From the NCBI GenBank assembly GCA_965197905.1, contig CBDAOB010000003.1, positions 480,001 through 544,000 of the forward strand: 64,000 bases of DNA, in the 5' to 3' direction. Position numbers and translations under genes: made by a program. The number at the start of each line of letters is the position of its first letter. Within the stretch, counting starts at the first letter, position 1. Positions 11,976 to 22,061 of the stretch are shown piece by piece. A model generated the notes under the pieces. It ran no database searches and was not told the origin of the DNA. It saw only the letters and a list, made by a program, of their open reading frames with translations. The stretch comes from Candidatus Latescibacterota bacterium (GTDB lineage Bacteria; Latescibacterota; UBA2968; UBA8231).

Positions 11976-12033
11976 ACATCCGAAAGCAGAAGATACAACC
12001 GAAGCTTTGTTGGCCCACACAAAAGGAGGCCAT

Positions 12034-12357
12034 ATGAAACGCCTATCCCACCTTGCTCAGATCGCCATTGCAGTAGGACTGTTGATGCTCGGTTCAAGTT
12101 TTGCCGGCGACGAAGAGAAAGTCCCGGTAGATGAGTTACCTCAAGCGGTCCTCGATGCCGTGGAAAACGCCGTGCCCGGTGGTAACATCCAGGAAGCAGA
12201 GAAAGAAACCGAAAAGGGCAAGGTAGTCTACGAAGTTGAAGTGCTGAAAGACGGTAAAGAGTACGAAGTCGAGGTAAGCGAGTCAGGCAGCGTACTCGAA
12301 GTAGAAGAAGAGGGAGCGGACGAGAATGACGATGATGATGAGGACGATGGCGATTGA
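12034..12357 (+). CDS. Small exported PepSY-like protein with acidic tail
   Basis: AAGGAGG RBS, signal peptide, LPQAVLDAV...PGG.I.EAEKE...VYEVEV...YEVEVSESGSVL, and an Asp/Glu-rich C-terminus. Confidence 0.8.
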   Translation: MKRLSHLAQIAIAVGLLMLGSSFAGDEEKVPVDELPQAVLDAVENAVPGGNIQEAEKETEKGKVVYEVEVLKDGKEYEVEVSESGSVLEVEEEGADENDDDDEDDGD

Positions 12358-13214
12358 TGACTCGATCTGTGATGTGGAATCTGCTCTTGGGGCTCACTCT
12401 ATGCGCGGTGGCGTTGGGTACCGTTTGGACGACGCCATCCGCCGCAGTGGCCTTTGAAGACAAGAGCACCGATCTCATAGAGTACGGCACATTGAAGGCC
12501 GATCACCTTCGAGATCAACTCTACCACATCACAGGTACCCTGCAACAGAGTCTACGCCTCAACGGACTGGCGCTTCATGCAACCTCGTCTGGTTTGAGAG
12601 CCACCGTGCCCCTCCACTATTCGATCGGGATCTCGGATGGGTGGAGTCTTCGAATAAGACCTGTCATCCGTGCCACCCTTGGTCTACCCACTCAGCGGCC
12701 GTTGAGTGGGTCCGCCGGCATGAACGGGGGATTCTATCGGCTGCTGCGAGGTGAAGGCAGATTCGCTCCCGCCATGACCTTTGCAGCCTCCTCCAACGTT
12801 TTGACCGGCCGGAAAGATCGCTGGGGAAGCGGCAAGGGCAAGTACGGCGGTCGTCTGGTCGCCACCAAACAGAAGGGCCGTCTCGGTCTGTTTGCCAGCA
12901 CCTCATACAGCTTCTCCAGCCATTTCTCAGGGTCCCGAATGGATCGGATCCTTCAAAGCCTCAATGGATCGGTCGGCGGACAATACCTAACGCAGGGGCG
13001 GTTCGAGGTGCTGGCTCAAGTGAATGGCAAACACACGTCGAAGCGTACCCGATTGCGGGCCGAGGACTATCTCAGGCAGCAGCAAGAAGTCGTCGTCGCC
13101 GGCAAACTGCGGGGAGGCGCTTATTTGCGCAAGAACGTATTCGCATATATGGGGTTGGGTTACGACACCCGGGGGGCGATCAGATTTAGCCCGGGAATCA
13201 GCGCTCAGTTCTAG
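12354..13214 (+). CDS. Putative outer-membrane beta-barrel protein
   Basis: N-terminal signal peptide, alternating beta-strand pattern and terminal Phe (GISAQF). It abuts or overlaps the PepSY stop. Confidence 0.6.
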   Translation: MMTRSVMWNLLLGLTLCAVALGTVWTTPSAAVAFEDKSTDLIEYGTLKADHLRDQLYHITGTLQQSLRLNGLALHATSSGLRATVPLHYSIGISDGWSLRIRPVIRATLGLPTQRPLSGSAGMNGGFYRLLRGEGRFAPAMTFAASSNVLTGRKDRWGSGKGKYGGRLVATKQKGRLGLFASTSYSFSSHFSGSRMDRILQSLNGSVGGQYLTQGRFEVLAQVNGKHTSKRTRLRAEDYLRQQQEVVVAGKLRGGAYLRKNVFAYMGLGYDTRGAIRFSPGISAQF

Positions 13215-13277
13215 CGCCTGCGCGCGAGCCCGAGCAGGCGGGTCAATCATTTAACAGCGCCGAGTACGTTCTACAGG

Positions 13278-15455
13278 TTATTCATCGGTCTGTATCAGCA
13301 CCACCTCGTGGAGATCTATCTGTGGCACGTTGACAACCGGGGGGGCTCCCGTAATCTCCAGTTCCTGGTCGTGCAAGGGCAGTTTGGCTGACTTGATGGC
13401 GATCTGATTGAATCGAATCTGCACATTCCTGATCGGTGTCACTTCGGCGTTGGCGAGATACATTCCGGTGAGCTCAGTAGTAGCTACATCCCAAGGCAGC
13501 ACTGGAGTAGGGTTGTTGAGTAGATGCACCATCAGTTCCCCCGAATTTCGTCGCGCCGCGACAAATTCGATCGCCTCCGGGGCCTCGACGGCAATAGGCG
13601 GCGGCTCGGTACCGCTTACTAAGCTTGCCACAAACCGTTTCAATGGCGGATAGGGACTGTTGAGGTACGCTTCTCCCACGTCGCCTCCGAAATAGACTGC
13701 CTGGCCTTGCCCAAACGAATTTCTGGTGACCGCCGGCAGGCCAGTGCGATAATCCCGGGTCGGATCGAAGCTGCCCAAGGCCCCAACCCTCTCCGCACTG
13801 CTGCGCTCACAGAGCACTTCGGTGCCTGCTCGGGCGGACACTGCCGATTCCACCCCGAAAAAGAAGATCAGATCGCCGAATTCACCGCGAAGTTCCGGAT
13901 TGCATGGCACCATGATGCACCCGCTGCCTTCAGCCGCTTCCGCTGGGCCTTGGTATTCGACACCCAAAACATCAGCCAGCCCGAACTGACCTCGTTCCTG
14001 TCCCCATTCATCCAACAGCGAAGTCTGGTAAGTAGCGATGAGTGTGCCCCCATTCTCCACGAAACCTCGGATAGCCTCGCAGTGATCGTCGGACAGACAG
14101 GCGCTATTGGAGAGGAATAGCACCGAGTACCGTCCGAGCTTACTGGGTTCCAGGTGTTCGTCCAGTGCGATGTCCAGGGGAAGATGAGATCGGTTTAACA
14201 GTTCGTAGGCGCCGATGGCATCGGGAACGCAGAACGCGTGCCCATGGGTTTGTCCGGTGTTCTTGGCGCGTTCCGAGGGCCGGAAGTCTCGATTGATCTG
14301 GGAGAAATGGAGCGCCAGATATGGTATTGTGTCGCCGATGACATATTCGTCCCGTTTTTTGTACTCGGCGAATACCCGTTTGTTCGCCTCCCGGTTGATC
14401 GTCGAAGGGTCGTCGAAGGGTCCGCCACACGGAGCACCGCCGTTGATCATGGTCGCCAGGCCGGCAATTGCGGTGGCATTTCCGGACGGATAGGGGGCTT
14501 GGCCGAAACCGCGCAGCTGCTCGTCGGTCAGACGAAAGTGACCGAACGCCGTTCCGGTGGACCGCATGATCTTCGCTACCAGCCCTACCTCCCGCAATGA
14601 GCGAAAGGTCTCGGTGAAGTAGACCGCGTCCACTTCCTGCAACCGAAAGGAAGCGAGCGGATGTCCGAAGGTCCAATTGGTGGTAGAGGTGACGTAAGAG
14701 TTGAAATCGAGGATCGCGTCGGGATGTCTGGCTTTGATCCGGCGAGAAAGATGGTGCATGAACTCTATGAGCCGGTCGTAGCGCCAGCTGACGAAACGCC
14801 GAAACGTGGCCGAGTCGAAGTCGACCTTTCGTGGAATATCCTCTCCCGCGTGATCGCGAAAGAGTTTTTCGCAGTACTCGCAACAGCATGACGGGAACCA
14901 GGGCGTGCCATCTTGATGCGAGCCGTAGTTGGTGTCGTCGAAATAGAGGCCATCCAGATCGAGGTTATCAAGCCATTCGATCATGTAATCGGACACCCAA
15001 TCGCGGTACGGCGAATTGAGACAAAACCAGCCGTCGTTCTCGATCTGTGGGCGGCCGTCGTCGAGAAACTGCATCAGCCATTCGGGATGCAGCGGTTTCA
15101 GTGGTCTGGTGTAAATCGCCGGATAGTAGGACAGAACGATGATTCCGCGCTCATGGGCGAGCTCGAGGAACAGCGGCAAACGCTCGCTCTCCACATCGGC
15201 GTGGGGCGAGATCATCTTTGAATGGAAACGCGGCGTGCCCCGATTCAGCTCCCCATCGACGATCTGCACCTCCAGGCCAAGGTCGTCGATGAAGTCCACC
15301 CATTCCTCCACTGACTTGCCCTCATAGGTCGCGCCGGGTTTGACGCAGCTGGGATAGCACTCTGTGCGGCACATACGCTGGCGATAAGGTTTCCGCGCCA
15401 GTCGCTCGGCCGTGCTCCCGACCCGCTTCACCATGGAACTACCGTTGTCGCTCAT
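13278..15455 (-). CDS. Glycoside hydrolase-like protein (GHL6/GH42/GH151-like TIM barrel, CxCxxC, beta-galactosidase trimerization domain), paralog 1
   Basis: CLNSPY, DGLYFDD, CCCEYC, LSNSACLSD, GGTLIATYQTSLLDEWG...FGLADVLGV, and C-terminal MVHLLN...LHEVV. Confidence 0.8.
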   Translation of the reverse strand: MSDNGSSMVKRVGSTAERLARKPYRQRMCRTECYPSCVKPGATYEGKSVEEWVDFIDDLGLEVQIVDGELNRGTPRFHSKMISPHADVESERLPLFLELAHERGIIVLSYYPAIYTRPLKPLHPEWLMQFLDDGRPQIENDGWFCLNSPYRDWVSDYMIEWLDNLDLDGLYFDDTNYGSHQDGTPWFPSCCCEYCEKLFRDHAGEDIPRKVDFDSATFRRFVSWRYDRLIEFMHHLSRRIKARHPDAILDFNSYVTSTTNWTFGHPLASFRLQEVDAVYFTETFRSLREVGLVAKIMRSTGTAFGHFRLTDEQLRGFGQAPYPSGNATAIAGLATMINGGAPCGGPFDDPSTINREANKRVFAEYKKRDEYVIGDTIPYLALHFSQINRDFRPSERAKNTGQTHGHAFCVPDAIGAYELLNRSHLPLDIALDEHLEPSKLGRYSVLFLSNSACLSDDHCEAIRGFVENGGTLIATYQTSLLDEWGQERGQFGLADVLGVEYQGPAEAAEGSGCIMVPCNPELRGEFGDLIFFFGVESAVSARAGTEVLCERSSAERVGALGSFDPTRDYRTGLPAVTRNSFGQGQAVYFGGDVGEAYLNSPYPPLKRFVASLVSGTEPPPIAVEAPEAIEFVAARRNSGELMVHLLNNPTPVLPWDVATTELTGMYLANAEVTPIRNVQIRFNQIAIKSAKLPLHDQELEITGAPPVVNVPQIDLHEVVLIQTDE

Positions 15456-15491
15456 TTGCAATCGTCCTTCGCTAGCTGCTGTGCCACGATC

Positions 15492-17666
15492 CTAACCCAG
15501 TTCGACCAGAACAACCTCGTGCAAGTCCACCTGGGGCACGGTGATCTCCGCAGGATCCCCGGTGACATCAAGCTTCTGGTTTTGCAGCGGAAGCCAGGCC
15601 GACTTGACCTTGTAACCATTCAGCGTGATCCGAACATCGCGGATGGGATTGATCTCGTAGAGCGCGTGGTAGGTGGTGTGCAGCTCGTCGTACTCGTTTC
15701 GATCCTTGACCTTCCACGGAAGCAGCGGCGTCGGGTTGTTTACCAGGTGGATCATCAACTCGCCGGAGGGGCGCAGTGCTGCCGTCATCTCGATCTGTTC
15801 CGGCGCCTCCATGACCAATGGTGACTGGCTCCCGCCGACGAGCTCGGCTATCAATCGCCGCAGTGGCGGGTACGGGCTGTTCATATAAGCCCCACCCACG
15901 TCGCCGGCGATGTAGATGGCTTGTCCCTTGCCGAACGAGTTCGAGGTGATCGCAGGCTGACCGGAGTCGTGCTCGGTCTCAGCACTGAAGGTATTGAGTG
16001 CCTTCGGTTCCTCTATGGTGCTCCTGGTGCAGAGGATGTCAGTATTGCTGGCGGCGGTGACTAACGCATCTTGGCCATGGAAGCAAAGAATCTCGCCCAG
16101 CTTCGCGGTCAGTTGTTCGTCGTGAGGGATGTAGATGATGGGATGGTCTTCGCCGCCAGCGGTTACTCCCTGGTACTCGACTCCCATGACATCTCCCAGG
16201 GCGAACCCGCCTCGCTCCTGGCCCCATTCGTCCAGCAGCGAGGTCTCGTGCGTAGCGATCAGGGTGCCGCCCCGGTCCACGAAGTTTCGAATCGCGTCGC
16301 AGTGGGCTTCCGCCAGGCAGACGCTGTTGGCGAGGAAGAGAACCCGGTACCGGGACAACCGCTCCCTCGTGAGGTGCTCGTCGAGCGCCATGTCCAGCAC
16401 CACGTGGGCTCTGTTGAGCATCTCGTAAACACCGTACATATCCGGCTGGCCTAGCTGGTGGAAATGCACCTTGCCGGTGTTCTTGGGGAGTTCGGACGGT
16501 TTGAAGTCGCGGTTCATCTGCGAGTAGTGCAGCGCAACATCTTTAACCGTATCTCCCTCGATGTAATCTGCCCGCTTCTTGAGCTCGGTGAACAACTGCT
16601 TGATGGTATCCTTCCGAAAGTGGGTGACATCTCCCAAGGGTGCACCGCATTGCGTACCGCCATTTGCCACGGAGGCGAAGCAGCAGACCGCAGCCGAGTA
16701 GATCTCGGCCTGCGGCGCGATACCGAACCCCTTGAGCGATTGAGTAACGTTGCGAAAGATGGAGAATGGGGTCCCGGTTGAGCGCAGCACTTTGGCGACG
16801 AATCCGGGCTCCCGCAGCGAACGAAAGGTCTCCACGAAGAAATGACCGCCCACTTCTTCCAATCGATACGAGCTTATCGGGTGCCCGTCGGACCAGTCGG
16901 TTTGGGGACGCACGTAGGAATTCAGATCCATTATGGCATCCGGGTATTTCACGTGAACCGACGAATACAGGTGATGCATGAAGTCGATCATCTTCTCGTA
17001 GCGCCAGTTGATGAAGCGGCGGAAGGTCATGGAGTCGAAATCGACCTTGCGTGGAATTTCCAGTCCGGTCTCGCTGCGGAACTGTTCTTCGCAGTAGGAG
17101 CAGCGGCACGACGGAGTCCAAGGTCGGTCCTCGTGGGTTCCGTAGTTGGTGTCGTCGAAGTAGAATCCATCCAGGTCCAGATTGTCCATGTACTCGATCA
17201 GGTACTCCGGCAGCCAATCCCGGTAGGGTGAGTTGAAACAGAACCAGCCGAGATTCTCGGGCTCGGGACGACCATCATCGAGGAACTTCATCTGCCACTC
17301 CGGATGCAGAGGCAGCAACGGCTTGGTATATATGATCGGGTAGTAGGTCAAGACGATGATCCCCTTCTCGTGAGCAACTTCGAGAAAACGGGGCAGCTTG
17401 TCGTTGTCGACGTTCGGATGAGGCGTAAGGATCTTGGAGCGATAACGTGGAGTGCCGCGGTTGAACTCTCCGCTGACGATACACACCTCGTAGCCGGCCT
17501 CGCTTATGCAATCGACATACTCCTCAACCGGCAGGTTGAGGTCGGGTTCTCCTGGCATGTAGGGGCGCGGGAAGTGTGCTTCCACTCGACAGACCCGTCG
17601 TTCGTACGGCAGCTCCGCCAGACGCTGGGCGGTGCTACCCACTCTTTTCAAGATTTGTTCGCTCAT
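15492..17666 (-). CDS. Glycoside hydrolase-like protein (GHL6/GH42/GH151-like), paralog 2
   Basis: CFNSPY, DGFYFDD, CRCSYC, GGTLIATHETSLLDEWG. Colinear with paralog 1. Confidence 0.8.
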   Translation of the reverse strand: MSEQILKRVGSTAQRLAELPYERRVCRVEAHFPRPYMPGEPDLNLPVEEYVDCISEAGYEVCIVSGEFNRGTPRYRSKILTPHPNVDNDKLPRFLEVAHEKGIIVLTYYPIIYTKPLLPLHPEWQMKFLDDGRPEPENLGWFCFNSPYRDWLPEYLIEYMDNLDLDGFYFDDTNYGTHEDRPWTPSCRCSYCEEQFRSETGLEIPRKVDFDSMTFRRFINWRYEKMIDFMHHLYSSVHVKYPDAIMDLNSYVRPQTDWSDGHPISSYRLEEVGGHFFVETFRSLREPGFVAKVLRSTGTPFSIFRNVTQSLKGFGIAPQAEIYSAAVCCFASVANGGTQCGAPLGDVTHFRKDTIKQLFTELKKRADYIEGDTVKDVALHYSQMNRDFKPSELPKNTGKVHFHQLGQPDMYGVYEMLNRAHVVLDMALDEHLTRERLSRYRVLFLANSVCLAEAHCDAIRNFVDRGGTLIATHETSLLDEWGQERGGFALGDVMGVEYQGVTAGGEDHPIIYIPHDEQLTAKLGEILCFHGQDALVTAASNTDILCTRSTIEEPKALNTFSAETEHDSGQPAITSNSFGKGQAIYIAGDVGGAYMNSPYPPLRRLIAELVGGSQSPLVMEAPEQIEMTAALRPSGELMIHLVNNPTPLLPWKVKDRNEYDELHTTYHALYEINPIRDVRITLNGYKVKSAWLPLQNQKLDVTGDPAEITVPQVDLHEVVLVELG

Positions 17667-17784
17667 CTTCGAGCTCCCGTTTTAGTATTGGACACTGCTA
17701 TGGCTGGGCGTGTTATAGCCGAGCGAACTGTTGTCGAATATCCCGGGGAACCAGTAAGGCGCCCCCGGTGGGCGTCGCAATCCT

Positions 17785-19963
17785 TCACGGTCCCAATTCC
17801 ACCAAAACCACCTCGTGAACATCCACCTGAGGCACGATGATCTCTGGGGGATCTCCGGACACCTGCAGTTCCACATTCTGCAGCGGCAACCTTGCCGATT
17901 CGGCCTTGTAGCCATTCAGCTGAATGCGCACATCGTAGATCGGATTTATTTCGTAGAGGGCGTGGTAGGTGGTTTGCAACTGATCGTAATCATCCCGCTC
18001 GTCCACATGCCATGGAAGCAGCGGCGTGGGATTGTTGAGCAGGTGGATCATCAGCTCACAGGAGGGACGCAATGCCGCCGTCATCTCGATCTGCTCCGGG
18101 GCCTCCACCTCTAGCGGTGGTTGGCTGCCGTGCGGCCAGAGCGGCCACGAATCTTCTGAGGGGCGGGTACGGGCTGTTCATGTACGCTCTCCCCACGTCG
18201 CCGGCGATGTAGATCGCCCGCCCCTCTCCGAAGGCGTGGGATGTCACCGTCGGTTGGGATGAATCATGCCTGGGGTCCGCATTGAGGTCGAACACGCCGG
18301 GATCATCGGCATTGCTGCGGGTACAGAGTATGTCGGTGTCGGAACCGGATGCGACCGCAGATTCCCGACCGCAGAAGCAGATGATTTGGTTCAGCTGTCG
18401 TTGCAGTTGCTCGTCGTGGAGTAGGTAGATGATCGGATGATCCTCGGGGCCGTCGGCCTCGCCCCCATATTCGACGCCCAAAACGTCCGCCAATCCGAAC
18501 TGCCCGCGCTCCTGGCCCCATTCGTCCAACAGCGAGGTCTGGTGGGTGGCGATCAAAGTTCCGCCCTGGTCCACGTAGCGACGAATGGCATCGCACTGCC
18601 TGTCCCCTAAACAGGCACTGTTTGCAAGAACTAGAACCCGATACTGCGACAGTCTATCGTCGGTGAGATGTTCGTCCAGGGCGATGTCCATCACCACATG
18701 GGACCGGTTCAGCATCTCGTAGGCCCCGTACACGTCGGGCTGACCCAACTGGTGATAATGAACCTGGCCGGTGTTCTTGGGAATCTCCGACGGTTTGAAG
18801 TCGCGGTTCATCTGCGAGTAGTGCAGCGCCAGATACTTGACCGTATCTCCCTCGATGTAATCGACCCGTCGTTTGAGCTCGAGGAACAGCTTCTTGATTG
18901 TGCCCTTGTGAACGAGGTTGGCATCTCCGAGAGGCGCACCGCACTGAGTGCCGCCATTGGCCAGCGCTGCCATGCAGCTGACCGCAGCTGAGTGCGATTC
19001 GGAGTAGGGGGCCGCGCCGAACCCCTTTAGACTCTGAGTAGTATTGCGAAACACGGAGAACGGCGTCCCGGTGGAGCGCAGAACCTTGGCGACGAAGCCC
19101 GGCTCCCGCAGGGTGCGAAAGGTCTCCACGAAGAAATGACCCCCGACTTCCTCTAGTCGCAATGAGCTCAACGGGTGCCCGTCAGACCAATCGGTTTGTG
19201 GGCGGAGGTAGGAATTCAAATCGAGGATGGCATCTGGGTGTTTCTCGTGGACGGCCGCGAACAGATGATGCATGAAGTCGATCATCTTCTCGTAGCGCCA
19301 GTTGACGAAACGCCGGAAAGTCATGGAGTCGAAGTCCACCTTGCGCGGGATCTCCAATCCTGTTTCGTTGCGGAAGAGCTCTTCACAGTAAGAACAGCAG
19401 CAGGAGGGCGTCCACGGCCGGTCAGCGTGAGTACCGAAGTTGGTGTCGTCGAAGTAGAAACCGTCCAGATCCAGGTTGTCCATGAATTCGATTAGATACG
19501 CCGGCAGCCAGTCCCGGTAGGGCGAGTTAAAGCAGAACCAGCCGAGGTTCTCCGGCTCTGGCCGGCCATCATCGATGAACCTCATCTGCCACTCGGGATG
19601 CAGCGGCAACAGAGGTTTTGTATAGATGATCGGATAGTAGCTTAGGGCGATGATCCCCTTCTCGTGAACGCGCTCGAGAAAGCGCGGCAGGAGATCGTTG
19701 TCCACATTCGGGTGTGGAGGCAGCATCTTCGAGTGGAAGCGCGGGGTCCCGCGGTTGAACTCACCACCGACGATACAGACTTCGAAGCCGGCGTCACTTA
19801 TGTTATCCACGTACTCATCAACCGTTGGGTCAGGAAACAACTGGCCCGGCATCGAGGGTTCCGGATAGTTCATCCAGAACCTCTTGCCTGCTTCCACGCG
19901 ACATACTCGTCGCTCGTACGGTAGTTCGGCCAACCTCTGGGCCGTACTTCCCACCCGTTTCAT
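17785..19963 (-). CDS. Glycoside hydrolase-like protein (GHL6/GH42/GH151-like), paralog 3, frameshifted near 18130
   Basis: ORFs 18056..20020 and 17785..18108 together reproduce paralog 2 end to end. The junction CTG GCC GCA C GGC AGC CAA has one extra base relative to paralog 2 (LVGGSQSPL). Confidence 0.8.
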
Positions 19964-20066
19964 TCCTGGTTCCCTCTCTTGCGCTCGGTTTCGGTAGCTG
20001 GCAACTGGCAGCGAATCCAATCTGGCTTTGTTGGGTGCAATCCCCGTCTACGGCAAACCAGGCGCA

Positions 20067-21068
20067 TCACGTTTGCGGAACCTCTACCAACTCCGATGCA
20101 GACATTCCGAAGTTGTGCATGTACAACTCGTGCAAGCGGTCGACATCTGAATCCGACAGAGGTGGAAGCTCGGCGGCACCTGCCAACTCTTCTATCTCGG
20201 CCACGTTCTTCGCCCCGCCGACAATTGTGTGCAGCTCGTCATTCATGAGGCAGAACAACATGGCCGCCTTCGTGGTGGTATCGACGGCATCGTGCAGCAG
20301 AAAATCGAGCTTCTTTACACTTTCCACCTCTAGAGCCGCTCTCGATCTAGGTTTTACAGTTCGATCCACGCTCGGCGTCAATCTGCCGCCTGCCAGCGGT
20401 TGGACAGATATGACGCCCAGGTTCATGGAGCGGATCAACGACAACAATTGACCGTAGTCGTGATACGGAAACCCGGACGGGGGCGGATCCTGCAGCGTCT
20501 GGTTCAACAGGTGGTACAGCGGCATGATCACATCGAATTCACCGCTTTCCAATATTCGCTTGACACTTGAGACCTGACGGAAAACGCTGGGAATGCCAAT
20601 GAAGCGTACCTTGCCGATCTCTTGGACCGTGCGAAAAGCAGCCAGCACCGGACCCAGCACATCCTCGACGGTGAGCGAATACGGCTCCTGGTCGCGAATC
20701 GCCGTGAACTGGTTGTGGATCAGCAGGACGTCGATGACCTCGGTGTGCAATCGCTGCAGAGAAGCGTCCACCCAACCGCTCACGAAGCCGTCGATATCTT
20801 CGAGATCAAATGGCCGAAAATCTACCTTTGAGCAGATGATGGCTTCGTCCCGGCGCCCTTCGAGAGCAAGTCCCAGCACGGTCTCGGCTTCCCCGTCGCC
20901 ATAGCAATAACAGGCGTCGAAGAAATTGATGCCGAGATCGAGAGCGCGTTGCACAGTCCTGATGGCTTCAGGCCTGGTAGTGTGACCGAACATCTGGGCT
21001 ATACCTCCACCGCCGAGCCCGATTCTCGAAACTCTCAGTCCGGTGCGGCCGAGCGTCGCATATTTCAT
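20067..21068 (-). CDS. Aldo/keto reductase
   Basis: LGRTGLRVSRIGLG, GINFFD...YG, SKV, SLQRL...IDVLLIHN, GKVRFIG, QPLAGGRL. Confidence 0.92.
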   Translation of the reverse strand: MKYATLGRTGLRVSRIGLGGGGIAQMFGHTTRPEAIRTVQRALDLGINFFDACYCYGDGEAETVLGLALEGRRDEAIICSKVDFRPFDLEDIDGFVSGWVDASLQRLHTEVIDVLLIHNQFTAIRDQEPYSLTVEDVLGPVLAAFRTVQEIGKVRFIGIPSVFRQVSSVKRILESGEFDVIMPLYHLLNQTLQDPPPSGFPYHDYGQLLSLIRSMNLGVISVQPLAGGRLTPSVDRTVKPRSRAALEVESVKKLDFLLHDAVDTTTKAAMLFCLMNDELHTIVGGAKNVAEIEELAGAAELPPLSDSDVDRLHELYMHNFGMSASELVEVPQT

Positions 21069-21266
21069 CTGCGCTCCTCTGCGCTTGTCAGCACCGACGT
21101 GAACCCGGCGTGACGGCTCCCCCGGAAGCTAACAATTGTGCAGGGCGGCCGAAACGGCTCGCCGGGTTGATTGCCTGCCGATGCGTGGCACATTTGAACC
21201 TCGATGCGATGACGGTCGGAGTCTGAGAAGGTTGCGTGGATCAAGACCTCCAACATTGTCAGGAGG

Positions 21267-22037
21267 ATGGAAGTGCATCGATTTGCGGACAAGTACATTC
21301 TTGTGACCGGCGGCGCTATGGGGATAGGCAGAGCCACCGCTGAAAGGCTTTCCGTTGAAGGAGCCTCAGTTCTGATTGCCGACATAAACGAGATCGTCGG
21401 AGCACAGACGGTTGCCGCAATTAACGCCAAAGGTGCCAACGCCCAGTTTTTTCAGGTCGATCTCTCTCGAGAAGAGTCCATAGTCGCGCTTGGAAAAGCG
21501 GTTCACGATCGCACTCCTAATCTTCATGGCCTGGTAAACTGCGCAGGGATATACCGCACTGGCTCGATCGCCGACACCGGCGACGCCGACTGGCAGCGGC
21601 AGATCGATATCAATCTGCGGGCCCCGGCATTGTGCATCCGGGAACTGCTGCCTCTGCTGAAGGGGGGACCCGGCCACATCGTCAATCTCTCTTCCGAAGG
21701 TGCATTTCGTCCTTACGGGGAGCGCTGGGTCTACGATGCCACCAAGGCGGGCATCATAGCGTTGACTCGAAATTGTGCCTCCGAGCTGGTGGAGTTCGGC
21801 ATTCGTGCCAACGCGGTTGCTCCGGGCTGGACGGTGACCGAGATGCATTTCGGCGATGCACCTGATCCAGCTGCCCGAAAGAAGGAGCTGGAGGAGTACG
21901 ACATGAAGGGGGCCGTCATGCGCCGCCTGGGAAGACCGGAGGAGATCGCTGCGGCGATCGTTTTTCTCCTCAGTGACGATGCCTCGTATATTACCGCCAC
22001 CACCTTGCATGTTGATGGCGGCAGGGTCGCCCATTGA
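21267..22037 (+). CDS. SDR family NAD(P)-dependent oxidoreductase
   Basis: TGGAMGIG, VNCAG, NLSS, YDATK (YxxxK), NAVAPG, VDGG. Confidence 0.93.
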   Translation: MEVHRFADKYILVTGGAMGIGRATAERLSVEGASVLIADINEIVGAQTVAAINAKGANAQFFQVDLSREESIVALGKAVHDRTPNLHGLVNCAGIYRTGSIADTGDADWQRQIDINLRAPALCIRELLPLLKGGPGHIVNLSSEGAFRPYGERWVYDATKAGIIALTRNCASELVEFGIRANAVAPGWTVTEMHFGDAPDPAARKKELEEYDMKGAVMRRLGRPEEIAAAIVFLLSDDASYITATTLHVDGGRVAH

Positions 22038-22061
22038 TTCCACAGATTTGGAGGAATTTTG

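Noticed and set aside
11764..12033. N-terminal extension of the PepSY ORF
   Set aside because: A strong RBS and signal peptide begin at 12034, and the extension overlaps the putative promoter.
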